Source: Heptranchias perlo (lineage: Eukaryota). From it: a stretch of DNA of 64,000 bases. The notes below the pieces were generated by a model. The model was not told the origin of the DNA, ran no database searches, and saw only the letters and a program-made list of their open reading frames with translations. The DNA lies in the NCBI RefSeq assembly GCF_035084215.1, contig NC_090340.1:5704001-5768000 (forward strand). The letters run 5' to 3'. The first letter of the stretch is position 1. Each line of letters opens with the position of its first letter. The translations under genes were made by a program, and so were the position numbers. Below are positions 1-11,905 of the stretch, piece by piece.

Positions 1-514
1 ACTTTAATGACTTACGACTGAGCTTCTGACTGCCAGGGTTGGCCACTCCCAAGTTGACACTCTTATTAATACGTCCGAGAGACCATAGTTATCATCGTTA
101 ATACTATATTAAGAGATAAAAATAATCAGTCATTGTAAGTAAGCAAGTTATATACATCTGTATACTTACAAGCAGACAACCTGTTGTATGAACCTAATAA
201 AAGCTTGACTTCCTGTGTCTGCAGTAAAAGACATAAGTAGCGGTATACCGCTATTATACCGCTACTTAAATAAAACTTAATTACATTAAATAAAAAAATA
301 TTCTAAACCATTATAAACTAATGTTAATCATGTGGATTACTTAAAATCGTGCTTTGTTAGTTCTGAATTAAGTTTGCATTGTGATTAACTATGAGCTATC
401 ACAGCTCGCTGGGCTCCTGCTTTCCATGTTACAAACGTTGCCTGGCAGCACTCTTCAGCAGAAATAAGTTATGTGCCAGTGTCCAGCTGTATGGATTGCT
501 TTAGGCAAACTGCG

Positions 515-1300
515 TTCGGAAGAATGAGGGCAGGCAATGTAAACTAAAGGCCACAATTCTAAAACGGGTACAGGGACAGAGAGATCTGGGGGTATATGCA
601 TACATTCGTTGAAGGTGGTGGGGCAGGTTGAGAAAGCGATTTAAAAAAGCATACCGGATCCTGGGCTTTATAAATAGAGGCATAGAGTACAAAAGCAAAG
701 AAGTCAAGACGGACTTTTATAAATCACTGGTTCGGCCACAACTGGAACATTGTGTCCAGTTCTGGGCACAGCACTTTAGGAAATATGTGAAGGCCTTAGA
801 GAGGGTGGAGAAGTGATTTACTGGAATGATTCTAGGGATGAGAGACTTTAGTTACGTGAACAGACTGGAGAAGCTGTGGCTGTTCTCCTTGGAACAGAGA
901 AGGTTGAGCACAGATTGGACAAAGGTATTCAAAATCATGAAGAGTCTAAGCAGAGTAGATGGAGAGAAACTGTTCCCATTGGCGGATGGTTAAATAACCA
1001 GAGGATAGAGATTAAAAGTGATTGGCAAAAGAACCAAAGGTAAGAATGAAGAAAAACGTTTTCATACAGCGAGGGATTAGGATCTGGAACGCACTGCCAG
1101 AGGGGGTGGTGGAAATAGATTCAATCATGGCTTTCGAAAGGGAACTGGATAAGTACTCGTAAAGAAATAATTTGCAGGGCTACGGGGATAAGGCGGGGGG
1201 AGTGGGACTCGCTGGATCGCTCTTCCATTGAGCCAGCACGGACTCGATGGGCCGAATGGCCTCCTTCCGTGATATAACCTTTCTATGATCCAATGATTAG
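515..1300 (+). mobile_element. CR1 LINE 3' fragment (RT C-terminus + 3' UTR with (TTCTATGA)-like tail)
   Basis: ORF 628-816 (GFINRGIEYKSKEV...LVRPQLEHCVQFW) is the typical CR1 ORF2 C-terminus; ends in gggccgaatggcctccttccgtg...ctatgat. Confidence 0.9.
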
Positions 1301-3800
1301 AACCATAGAAGCATAGAACCATAGAAAAGATACACCACAGAAGGGGCTATTCGGGCCATCGTGTGCATGCCAGCTGGAAGAACAACCAGGTGCCCATTCG
1401 AATCCTAACTTCCAGCACACGGTCCTTAGCCCTGCAGCTGACAGCACTTCAGCTGCAGGTCCAAGCACTTTATAAAAGAGTTGAGGGCCCTTGCCTCTAC
1501 AACCAATTCGGGCAGCGAATTCCATACACACATCACCCTGTGGGTAAAAAAGATTTTCCTCATGTCCCCTCTAATCCTTCCGCCAATCAGCTTATATCTA
1601 TGTCCTCTAGTTCTCAATGTCTCCGCTAGGCGAAACAGGTATTTCCTGTCTACCCTATCTAGACCACTCATAATTTTGTATAACTCAATTAAGTCTCCAC
1701 TCAGCCTCCTGTGCTTCAAGGGAAGCAACCCCAGCCTATCCAATCCCTCCTCATAGCTGCAATTTTCAAGCCCTGGCAACATTCTTGTAAATCTTCTCTG
1801 CGCACTCTCCAGAGCAATTACGTCCTTCCTGCAATGTGGTGACCAAACTGCGCACAATACTCCAGCTGTGGCCGTACCAGCGTTTTATGCAGTTCCATCA
1901 TTACATCCCTGCTTTTGTAATTCTATACCTCAGCTAATAACGGAGAGCAGACCGTATGCCTTCTCCACAACCTTATCTACCTGTACTGCCACCTTCAGGG
2001 ACCTGTGCACATGCACTTCATGGTGTTTCACTTCCTGTACCCCTCTCAATATATTCCCGTTTACTGCGTATTCCTATTTATTGTTTGCCCTCCCTAATTG
2101 CATTACCTCACACTTCTCCGGGTTGAACTCCATTTGCCAGTTTTCTGCCCACGCCACCAACACATTGATGTATTTTTGGAGTCTACAGCTATCCTCTTCA
2201 CTATCAACTGCACAGCCAATTTTTGTGTCATCTGCAAATTTGCCAAACATGTCCCCTACATTCAAGTACAAATCATTAAGATATACCACAAACAGCAAGG
2301 GACCCAACACTGAGCCCTGCGGCACACCACTGGAAACGGATTTCCATTCGCAAAGACATCCATCGACATTTACCCTTTGTTTCCTGTTACTGAGCGAAAT
2401 TTGCGTCCAATTCGCCACATTTCCGTGTATCCCATGGGCTTTTACCTTTCTTACTAGTCTGCCATGTGGGACTTTGTCAAATGACTTACTAAAATCCATG
2501 TAGACAACATCCACTACACTACCCTCATCAATTCTCCTTGTCACTTCCTCAAAGAATTCAATCAGATTTGTAAGGCTTGACCTTCACTGCACAAATCCAT
2601 GCTGACCATTCCTGATTAAAGCACGCCCTTCCAAGTGCCAGTTTATCCTTTCTCTCAGTATTGATTCGAATCGATTTCCCACCACTGAGGTAGGACTGAC
2701 AAGCCTATAATTGTTCGGCCTTTCACTCGTACCGTTTTGAAACAATGGTACTACGTTTGCAGTCTCCCAGTCCTCTGGTACCTCCGCTGTATCTCGTGAG
2801 GATTGGAAAATGATACTCAGAGCATCCGTTATTTCCTCCCTGGCTCCCTTCAATAGCCCAGGAAACAATCCATTCGGCGCTGCTGACTTATCAACTTTCA
2901 AGAATCCAGGTCCCTCTATTACTTTCTCTTTCGATTTGTTTACCTTATCCAACATTATACACCTCTCCTCTTTAACTACTACGTCCGGATCATCCATTTC
3001 CCTTGTGAATACGGAGACAAAATATTCATTTCTTACCCAACCCATACCCTTTGCTTCTACACACAAATTACCCTTATCATCCCCGATAGGTCGCACTTTT
3101 TCCTTAGCTATCTTCTTGTTCTTAATGTACTGGTAAAACACCTTTGGGCTTTCTTTAACCTTACCAGTTAATATTTTTTACATGGCTTCTCTTTGCTTTC
3201 TTTATTACCTTTTTTACGTCATCCCTATACTTTCTCTGCGCCTCTAGGCTTTCTGCGGTATTTATTTTTCTGTGACAGTCATAAGCTTTCTTTTTCTGCT
3301 TTATCTTGCCCCGTATACTTCTAGACAACCAGCGGACTATAAATTTGGCTATACCACCCTTTTTCTTTGAGCGGACGTGTCTGCGTTGTACCCCTAGAAT
3401 TTGTCTTTTTAGTGCCTCCCACTGGCTTGCCACTGATTTCTCCTCAAATAGTTGTGTCCAGTCCACTTCTGCCAAATCACCTCTTAGTTCTGTAAAAATT
3501 TGCCTTGCCCCAATTTAAAACGTTTACTCCTGATTTAACTCTGTCCTTTTCCATTATAATGCTAAAACTAACTGAAATGTGATCACTATCCCCAATATGG
3601 TCACCCACTGTCACTTCACCCACTTGCCCATCATTATTTCCCAGGACTAAATCTAGCATTGCATCCCCCCTTGTTGGGCTTGTCACGTACTGGCTAAAAC
3701 AAGTTCTCCTGGACACCAATCAAGAATTCTACGCCCTCTGTGCCCCTCACACTGTTGGAATCCCAGTTGATGTTAGGGTAGTTGAAGTCGCCTACTTCTA
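1300..3800 (-). mobile_element. CR1 LINE, 5'-truncated, frameshifted ORF2 (APE end, RT, 3' UTR); tail-to-tail with the previous copy
   Basis: ORF pieces PTRGDAMLDLVLGN, DFSKSFDKVPH, GVPQGSVLGPLLF, KFADDTK, QRRFTRMLPGL; (catagaac)n tail at ~1300-1325. Confidence 0.92.
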
Positions 3801-4663
3801 TGACGTAATTCACCTATGATGCCTAATTTTAGCCATTTACTTCTATTATCACCCAAACCTACAGTGTGTCATGTTTGCATATATTCATTGTGTTGCCCAT
3901 CAAACCATGGCACCAACATAAGCTCGTAACTGCCAGGCTAACTCAGAAGTACTAACTGAAGTATTGTATACAGCCATTGTTCTCTGTACTCACTCTATCA
4001 CTGCGCCAAGTTGCATCCTATGCTTTTCTTGAAGGTAAATCTTCCAGGGCCTCAGTAATGTGCCTAAAAATGCAGATCGGAAAATCGAGACTGAAGGGAG
4101 TCCGGCATTGAAGATAATCGTGGAAGGTTGGATCTCCAGAAAATCAAATAATTTGTTCTTAAACTTGTGTAGTGAAAGCCAGGACCAAGAAGTCAAAGTG
4201 TGTTGCAACAAAAAGACAACCCGGATGGAAGTAGCAGGCCTATATAGAACAGTCATTCAGTACGTTGGAGGACTTCCTGGCAGGAATATTTCTTTGCAAA
4301 TGTCCTTCTTGATGACGGAGATTAATCAGTTGGCGACGAGCGTCTCAGGTTTGTGGAAGCATCAGCTGAAGCATAAAGGCTTTGCTGGTCCTCTAGTGGT
4401 CCAATCCACTACAATCTGTTATGGTTTGCCTTTTACTGAAGGAAACTTAAAAAAAAGAACACTAATGCCGGAAGTCTCAATGATTGTTACCTTCAATCTC
4501 AACTTCAAGTCCCTGGGCGTGCAACAGGAAATTAACTGTTGGTGGAACCCGAATCAGTGTGTATTTGTGTATTAACTAGCATAACTAGTTAGGAATGTAC
4601 TTTACGACGACTGGATCGAAGTGAACGTGACATCTGTTTGGGAGCAAGCGTCTAAAACGTTCA

Positions 4664-5045
4664 TAATTGACAGTGGCTAGGGTGCAGATAGCAGAGAGTA
4701 GTTGTGAACATTTTTTCTCACACTGGAGAGACGTGTGCAGTGGTTTTCCCCAGGGTTCAGTGTTAGAACTACTGTTCTTTTTGATATATATTAATGGCAT
4801 GGACGTAGGTATAGAATGTATAATTTCAAAATTTGCAGATGACTCGAAACTCGGAAGTGTAGTAAACAGGGTGCAGGATAGTAACAAACTTCAGGAAGAC
4901 ATGGACAGACTATTCAAACGGGCAGACACATGGCAGATGAAATTTAATGCAGAGAAGTGTGAAGTGATGCTTTTTGGTAGGAAGAATGAGGAGAAGCAAT
5001 ATAAACTAAATGGTACAATTTTAAAGGGTGTGCAGAAACAGAGAC
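4664..5045 (+). mobile_element. CR1 RT fragment
   Basis: GFPQGSVLELLFFLIYIN...KFADDSKLG...WQMKFNAEKCEVM. Confidence 0.88.
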
Positions 5046-5938
5046 ACGTCTGCGGCCGGAGAAACGCATATCTGTTCCTCTTACGATGGAATCCCCTATC
5101 AATATTGCTCTCCCATCCTTTTTCCTCCTCTCCTGTGCAGCTGAGTCACTCGTGGTGCCATGGTCTTGGCTCTTGCTGCATTCTCCTGATAAGCCATCTC
5201 CCCCAACAATATCCAAAGCGGATTATCTGTTTGAGAGGGAGATGGTCCCAGGGGACTCCTGCTCTACCTGCCTGGTCCTTTTACTCTGCCTGGCTGTCAC
5301 CTATTTCCTATCTGCCTGCGTAATCTTTACCTGCGGTGTGACCACCTCACTGAACGTGCTGTCCAGATAATCTCAGCATCGTCGATGCTCTACAATGATT
5401 CCACCCGCAGCTCCAGCTCCGAAATGCGGTAAGCCAGTAGCTCCAGCTGGACACACTTCCTGCACACTTGGTCGCCCGGGACACCAGTCGTGTCCATGAC
5501 TTCGCACATACCGCAGGAGGAGCATATCACGGGTGCGAGCTCTGCTGCCATGACTTGCCTTCGATTAAGCTCGTTAGTTACTCCCTTCAAGGAGTTTACT
5601 CCTTCAAATTACTCTTAATTTAGAGAATGTCAACTACATTAGGGACCTTGATTCACTAAAAAAAACGCTACTTGGTCGAACTAAATTAAGTTTAGTTTTT
5701 TTTTAAATAGTTTTATGCTATAAGTTACTTAGCCCATAGTCGTAAGAAAGAAGAAAGCAGAAGAGATACTCACCAGCAACCATCTACCTGTCTTACCTGT
5801 GACGTCACACTGCAGTTTTGTTTTGTTGTTGCTGTGACCCAGTCTCGGTACACTCCTCTCCGCTCTGCTGACAAATTACCAATTATAGACTCTGTCGAAA
5901 CCGGACTCGGTCGATAGCTGCTACTCCGTGCTCCCTTA
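5046..5938 (-). mobile_element. CR1 5' UTR + ORF1 N-terminal half (zinc finger/leucine zipper, start of SGNH esterase), inverted relative to the rest of its element
   Basis: MAAELAPVICSSCGMCEV...VCRKCVQLELLAYRISELELRV and RAILIGDSIVRGTDMRFSGRRR on the - strand. Confidence 0.85.
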
Positions 5939-7590
5939 CTCCAGGTTGGTGTTTTGCCTCCCTGGTGCTCGGGTCAAGGATGTCACGGATTGGCTGCAGG
6001 ACATTCAGTAGTGGGAGGGTGAACAGCCAGAGGTCGTGGTCCATATCGGTACCAGCGACATTGGAAAAAACGGGATGAGGTTCTGCAAGCAGAATATACG
6101 GAGTTAGGAAATAAATTAAAAAGCAGGACCTCTAAGGTAGTAATCTCAGGATTAGTCCCAGTGCCACGTGCTAGCGAGAGCAGAAATAGGAGAATAGACA
6201 AGATGAATGCATGGCTTGAGAGATGGTTTAGGAGGGAGGGGTTTAAATTCCTGAGGCATAGGGACCGATTCTGGGAAAGACAGGGCCTGTGCAAGCTGGA
6301 CGGGTTGCACACAAGCAGAACTGGGACCAATATCCTCGCGGGGGCATTTGCTAGTTCTGTTGGCGAGCGTTTAGACTAGTATGGCAGGGGGATGGGAACC
6401 AAAGGGCAGTTACAGAAAGGCAAATTCAGACCAGCAAACGGGAAGTGAAAAGCAGTTAATTAACGACTCGGAAAGGCAAAAGAAGCAAAGGTTAAATAGT
6501 GTTCAGCACAGGAATTTCACGGGGTTAAAGTGTATATACTTCAATGCAAGGAGTATTACAAACAAAGCAGATGAGCTAAGGGCAAAAATAGGCACACAGC
6601 TACATGATATCATTTTTATAACGGAAACCTCGCTTAAAGAAGGGATAATGCCAGCTCAATAACCCTGGATATAGAGTTTTAAGGCAGAATAGAGTGGGTG
6701 ATATAAAGGAGGTGGTAGTGTTATTGGTGAAAGAATCAATTTCATTTGTGATAAGGGATGATATGCTAAATGGATCATCAATCGAGGCCATATGGGTTGA
6801 GCTAAGAATTAAGAAAGGGGCAGTCACACAACTAGGAATGTAATATAGTCCAACGAATAGCGAAAGGGAGATAGAAGAACAAATATGTAGGCAAATTTAT
6901 GAGTGCAAAAATAAGAGGGCAATAAAAGTAGGGAACTTCAACTACCCTAACGTCAACTGGGATTCAAACAGTGTGAGGGGCACAGAGGGCACAAAATTCT
7001 TGATCGGTGTCCAAGAGAACTTTTTCAGCCAGTACGTTACAAACCTAAAAAGCGGGGATGCAAATCTAGATTTAGTCCTGGGAAATGATGGTGGGCAAGT
7101 GGGTGAAGTGACTGTGGGTGACCATATTGTGGATAGTGACCACAATTCAGTTAGTTTGAGCACTATTATGGAAAAGGACAGAGTTAAATCAGAAGTAAAC
7201 GTTCTAAATTGGGGCAAGGCAGATTTTACAGGACTAAGAGGTGATTTGGCAGGAGTGGACTGGACACAACTCCTTGAGGAGAAATCAATGGCAAGATAGT
7301 GGGATGCAGTAAAAAGTGAAATTCTAGGGGTACAACGCAGACACGTCCGCTCAAAGAAAAAGGGTGGCACTGCCAAATTTAGAGCCCCCTGCTTGTCTAG
7401 AAGTATACGGGGCAAGATAAAGCAGAAAAGGAAAGCTTATGACCGTCATAGAAAGCTAAATACTGCAGAAAGCCGAGAGGAATATAGAAAGTACAGGGAT
7501 GACTTAAAAAAGGAAATAAGGAAAGCAAAGAGAGGGCATGAAAAGATATTAGCTCGTAAGATTAAAGAAAACCCAAAGATGTTTTATCAG
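5939..7590 (+). mobile_element. CR1 ORF1 esterase C-terminal half + ORF2 APE endonuclease region (degenerate)
   Basis: SRLVFCLPGARVKD...VVVHIGTSD...DGLHTSRTG (SGNH esterase); CIYFNARSITNKADEL, GNFNYP, NLDLVLGN, SDHNSV (APE). Confidence 0.9.
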
Positions 7591-7599
7591 TCCAGTAAG

Positions 7600-8285
7600 A
7601 ACAGTCTATGTAAATAGATCATTAAAATGTTATGGACAGGTACAGAAAATAATGAAAAATGCTAATGGAATGCTGGTCCTTGTATCTAGAGAATTAGAAT
7701 ACAAAGGGGTAGATGTTATGCTACAGCTATACAAAGCCCTGGTTAGACCACACCTTGAGTTCAGCTCTGGTCACCTCACATTAGGGAGGGTATATTGGCC
7801 TCGGAGGGAGTGCAGCGATAATTTACTCGCACGGTACCTGGCTCCAAGGGTTAAATTACGAGGAAAGATTACATAAACTACAGTTGTATTCCCGGGAAAT
7901 TAGCAGATTAAGGGGTGATTTGATCGAAGTTTTCAAGATTTTACAGGGAATTTATAGGGTAGATAGAGAGAAACTATTTCCGCTGGTTGGGGAGTCTAGG
8001 ACTAGGGGACATAGTATAGAAATTTGAGCCAGGAATTTCAGGAGGGAAGTTAAGAAACACTTCTACACGCAAAGGGTGATAGAAGTTTCTATAAACGGAA
8101 GTTGATGCCAGCACAATTGTCCATTTTAAATCTGAGATTGATAGATTTTTATTAACCAAAGGCATTATGGGGGTAAGGCGGGTATATAGAGTTCGTTCAC
8201 AGATCTACCATGATCTCATTTAATGGTGGAACAAGCTCGATGGGCTAAATGGCTTACTTCTGTTACTATGATCCTATGTTCCATA
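7600..8285 (+). mobile_element. CR1 3' fragment
   Basis: ANGMLVLVSRELEYKGVDVMLQLYKALVRPHLE; tail ctatgatcctatgttc. Confidence 0.85.
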
Positions 8286-9024
8286 GCTTGATATTCATTT
8301 GCTCTTATGCACACAACATTAAGGAATTGTCCTGCTTTATTGTTTTTTGGAACTGCATTATTACCTATAAATATCTATGCGGTGGCTGCATATCGAACAA
8401 AAATACTTGCATGGGATTGGGCGTTGGGACGTTGCGCTCCAAGGGTTGCTCGCCAGGACCCGGAGCGCATATGGGAAGCTTCACACCTCCAGCTAGTGAC
8501 TTTTCATGACTAAATCCAATGCTAGTGAAACTAGCGGATTTGGTGAAGAAATTTTCCAATAAGCCGTTGGGCCTTACCAGGATAGTTGAACAGCAAATTC
8601 ACAGACGAATATTTAATCGACCTTGTTAAAAGGAACTTTGTTAAAAAAAACTAATAATAATCTCATAAACAGGCCAACTGGAAGGGTGCCTTACATCCAT
8701 GCACTTCTCATTTATCACTTTCCGAGAATTTCCATTAATTTTATCCTGATTTCCCGGGTAACATGAACTAAGACTGGAGGAACATCAGGAGAAACGGTGC
8801 AAATGAATGGAAACGACTGTTTCCCCAGAGTTTCCGCCAATCAACTGTTGAAGTTATGGCTGAGCTCGGAATATCCCCGTGAAAATGTCACTCTTTGTTT
8901 AACTAAGTGGCAAACGTAATTCATCATTTTAGAGTGCAACGAACGATGCGAAGATGACCTGGGCGAGAACAGAGCGGCAGACCATGTGTGTATAAATAGC
9001 GCTGTGAAACTGACCTGGAGACAT

Positions 9025-9365
9025 GTTGAGTATAAAGAGCGGGAGACCCGTTGAGTATAACGAGCGGGAGTCACGGTGAGTATAAGGAGCGGGAGACAAA
9101 GTGAGTATAAAGTGCCGGATACCCAATGAGTATAAAGAGCGGGATACCCATTGAATATAACGAGCGGGAGACACGATGAGTATAAGGAGCGGGAGACCCA
9201 ATGAGTATAAAGAGCGAGATACCTGTTGCGTATATTGAGCGGGAGGGACAGTTCATAAAAAGAGCAGGAGACCCAGTGAGTATAAAGAGAGGGGGACCCG
9301 TTGAGTACAAAGAGAGGGAGACCCGGTGAATATAACGAGAGTGAGACCCGTTGAGGACAAAGAGC
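9025..9365. repeat. 25-bp minisatellite, ~13-14 diverged units (consensus ~TGAGTATAAAGAGCGGGAGACCCGT)
   Basis: gagtataa-like motif recurs every 25 nt (9028, 9053, 9078, 9103, 9128, 9153, 9178, 9203...). Confidence 0.9.
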
Positions 9366-9379
9366 ATTGTGAAATCGAC

Positions 9380-9960
9380 ACTGACGCAAAAAGACATAAA
9401 ATCTGAAAAGTGAAGTCTTCGACAATACAGAAAAAAGCAACGGAGCCCGAAGAATAGAAGCTAACTGTTTAGTTTCTTTGTTTACGCTTTCATATTTAAC
9501 TACATAGGGGTTAAGGAGCTACAAAACTAATTATATATATATATGGTATAAGAGACAAGGACAAAGCTAAACTACAGGTAAACAGACAGTAAATCTAAGT
9601 AAAATGGCAGGACAGCTGAGACCCGTTGAATGCGCACCCTGTGCCCTTCGGGAAGTTCAGGTCGCCTCGTGTATCCTGGACAGGGGCAGAAGCTGCCTCC
9701 GATTGTTCTAACTCGAGCTCATGGTTTCTGAGCTTGAGGGGTGGCTGGTGTCACTGTAGTTCATACGGGAGTCTGAGAATTTCCTGTATTTCACATTCCT
9801 GGAGACGTAAACTTCGCAGCCACAGAGAATTTAGGAGCACTGTAATTGGGTGGCCATCCGACAGTGCAGGAAGAAGAGCAGGGCAGTATAGGAATCCTTC
9901 GGGAATGTGGGACTCACCAACCGGATTTCATTGCTGAATACTGGTAATAGTGTCCACACC
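9380..9960 (+). mobile_element. CR1 5' UTR + degenerate ORF1 N-terminus (zinc finger/zipper)
   Basis: ATG at 9604 gives MAGQLRPVECAPCALREVQVASCILD...SCLRLF*LELMVSELEGWL, similar to the ORF1 at 5390-5590. Confidence 0.7.
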
Positions 9961-10190
9961 CGTTCAATTTTTAACAGGGAGGTAGCGAAATACCTTCTTC
10001 GCGCTTTTGGAGGAGCAGGGCCTCTGGTGCAGCAACTTCCGGATTCGAACATTTAACTGCGCACGTGCGGTCGTCAGAAGTTGCTGTCCGATTTGTTCGT
10101 GAATAAAGGCAAGCACTGCCAGTCTCACTATACAGCAAAATCCGGCCCAATTTCTTTCAAAACGTGAGTTAACATTTCAAACCAAACACA

Positions 10191-10843
10191 GCATTGACCA
10201 GAAACTTAACTGGACCAGCCACATAAATACTGTGGCTACGAGAGCAGGTCAGAGGCTGGGTATTCTGAGGCGAAAAACTCACCTCCTGACTGCTCAAAGC
10301 CTTTCCACCATCTACCAGGCACAAGTCAGGAGTGTGATGGTATACTCTCCACTTGCCTGGATGAGTGCAGCTCCAACAACACTCAAGAATCTCGACACCA
10401 TCCGGGACAAAGCAGCCCGCTTGATTGGCACCCCATCCACCACCCTAAACATTCACTCCTTTCACCACCGGTGCACTGTGGCTGCAGTGTGTACCATCCA
10501 TAGGATGCACTGCAGCAACTCGCCAAGGCTTCTTCGACAGCACCTCCCAAACCCGCGACCTCTACCATCTGGAAGGACAAGGCAGAAGGCACATGGGAAC
10601 AACACCACCTGCACTTTCCCCTACAAGTCACACACCATCCCGACTTGGAAATATATCGCCGTTCCATCATCGTCCCTGGGCCAAAATCCTGGAACTCCCT
10701 TCCTAACAGCACTGTGGGAGAACCTTCACCACACGGACTGCAGTGGTTCAAGAAGGCGGCTCACCACCAACTTTTCAAGGGCAATTACGAATGGGCAATA
10801 AATGGTGGCCTCGCCAGAGACGCCCACATCCCATGAACGAATT
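10191..10843 (+). mobile_element. 3' fragment of the tRNA-headed single-ORF LINE family
   Basis: Closely matches the reverse complement of 51910-52566 (TRAGQRLGILRR...AWMSAAPTTLK; 3' tail gacgcccacatcccatgaacgaat). Confidence 0.93.
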
Positions 10844-11299
10844 AGGAAAACAGCATTTTCGAAGGAAAGGGATGGGGAGTGGGGGGCAATAGTCAGAGGC
10901 TGGAAACATGTTCCTGGTGATGTTGCCAGTTTTACCAGCAGGATCGGTTGAACACATTGGAATTTTTCCTCCTGAATTACTAATCGCCCTGAAAATACTC
11001 ACAACTCCCGATTAAAAACTGACTTGAGGGGAGAACTGCTGTTTGGTTTTGTTATTTTTCCCCAAATCTTTGAGAAACAAGGTTAGCAGTTGCTTTTAGC
11101 CATTTATGCCATTTTTCAAGATATTCAGTAGATGTCGCGTTGGGGTGCCCTGATAAACTTCAGTGGGCGAGTGGACTCAACTGCCTCAACTGCCTTATTG
11201 TGGGCCCAAAATGATTGTGTTTTCCCTTAATACGCCATTCGGAATCTCCAGGCCCGTGGTCAGTAAATCTTGTTGCTCATTGGTTGACCGTGCACTGTA

Positions 11300-11485
11300 G
11301 GCCCTGAAATTCGTAAGAGTTTTACTCATCTCCTCCTGTACGTTCCGTGGAATATCGGCAGATTCGCTAGAAAAAAATACGTAAATAGCGAGTTTTAACT
11401 ATTTGGACTATTTCTTGGGGGTTCTTCCAGATTCCTGCCAAAATTAAAACACCAGATCGGGAGGACAACGGTGAAATTCAGGGTA
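11300..11485. mobile_element. Putative ~185 bp palindromic non-autonomous DNA element (MITE-like)
   Basis: Inverted termini ccctgaaatt ... aattcaggg with imperfect internal symmetry; related segments at ~8745-8890, 16500-16575 + 18500-18580, 26700-26857. Confidence 0.45.
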
Positions 11486-11689
11486 TTAATTCAATGACTT
11501 CTTACTAGGCAAACTTTCCCTTTTGCAATTACTGACTCTAATGTCTAGATCATCCAGGTGATTTCTGTATGCTGCACCATTCCTCCATTGTGTGTCTTCA
11601 CCAAGCCAACATTTTCCTCGGAATAACGCAGCTCAAGCGAGCAGCAAATATTTGAATTGATTTAAGTCCTTTGATGAAGATAAAACATA

Positions 11690-11905
11690 CCAAGTCTCTT
11701 CACAGGAACCTAATTAGTCAAAAATAGAATTGGAGCCAAAGTTGGCGATATTTGAGAGCTGCCCAAAACCTTGATCAAAGAGGTGGGTTCAATTAGAGTG
11801 TTAAAGGAGCAGAGGGAGCTGCAGAAGCGGATCGGATTAATGAGGGAATTCCAGCGCCTAGGACCTAGACGGACGAAGACACGGCTGCCAATCATGGAGT
11901 GACCG
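11690..11905 (-). mobile_element. Old L2-like LINE 3' end
   Basis: ccaaaaccttgatcaaagaggtgggt...ttaaaggagcagagggag...gggaattccagcgcctagg pattern resembling the L2 3' end read antisense. Confidence 0.55.

Noticed and set aside
4060-4575. 171-aa ORF in apparently unique sequence
   Set aside because: Starts at GTG, with no recognisable motif or convincing splice context; likely chance.
8841-9440. Long repetitive ORFs / CRISPR-like periodicity
   Set aside because: Produced by the 25-bp minisatellite; no unique spacers, eukaryotic context.
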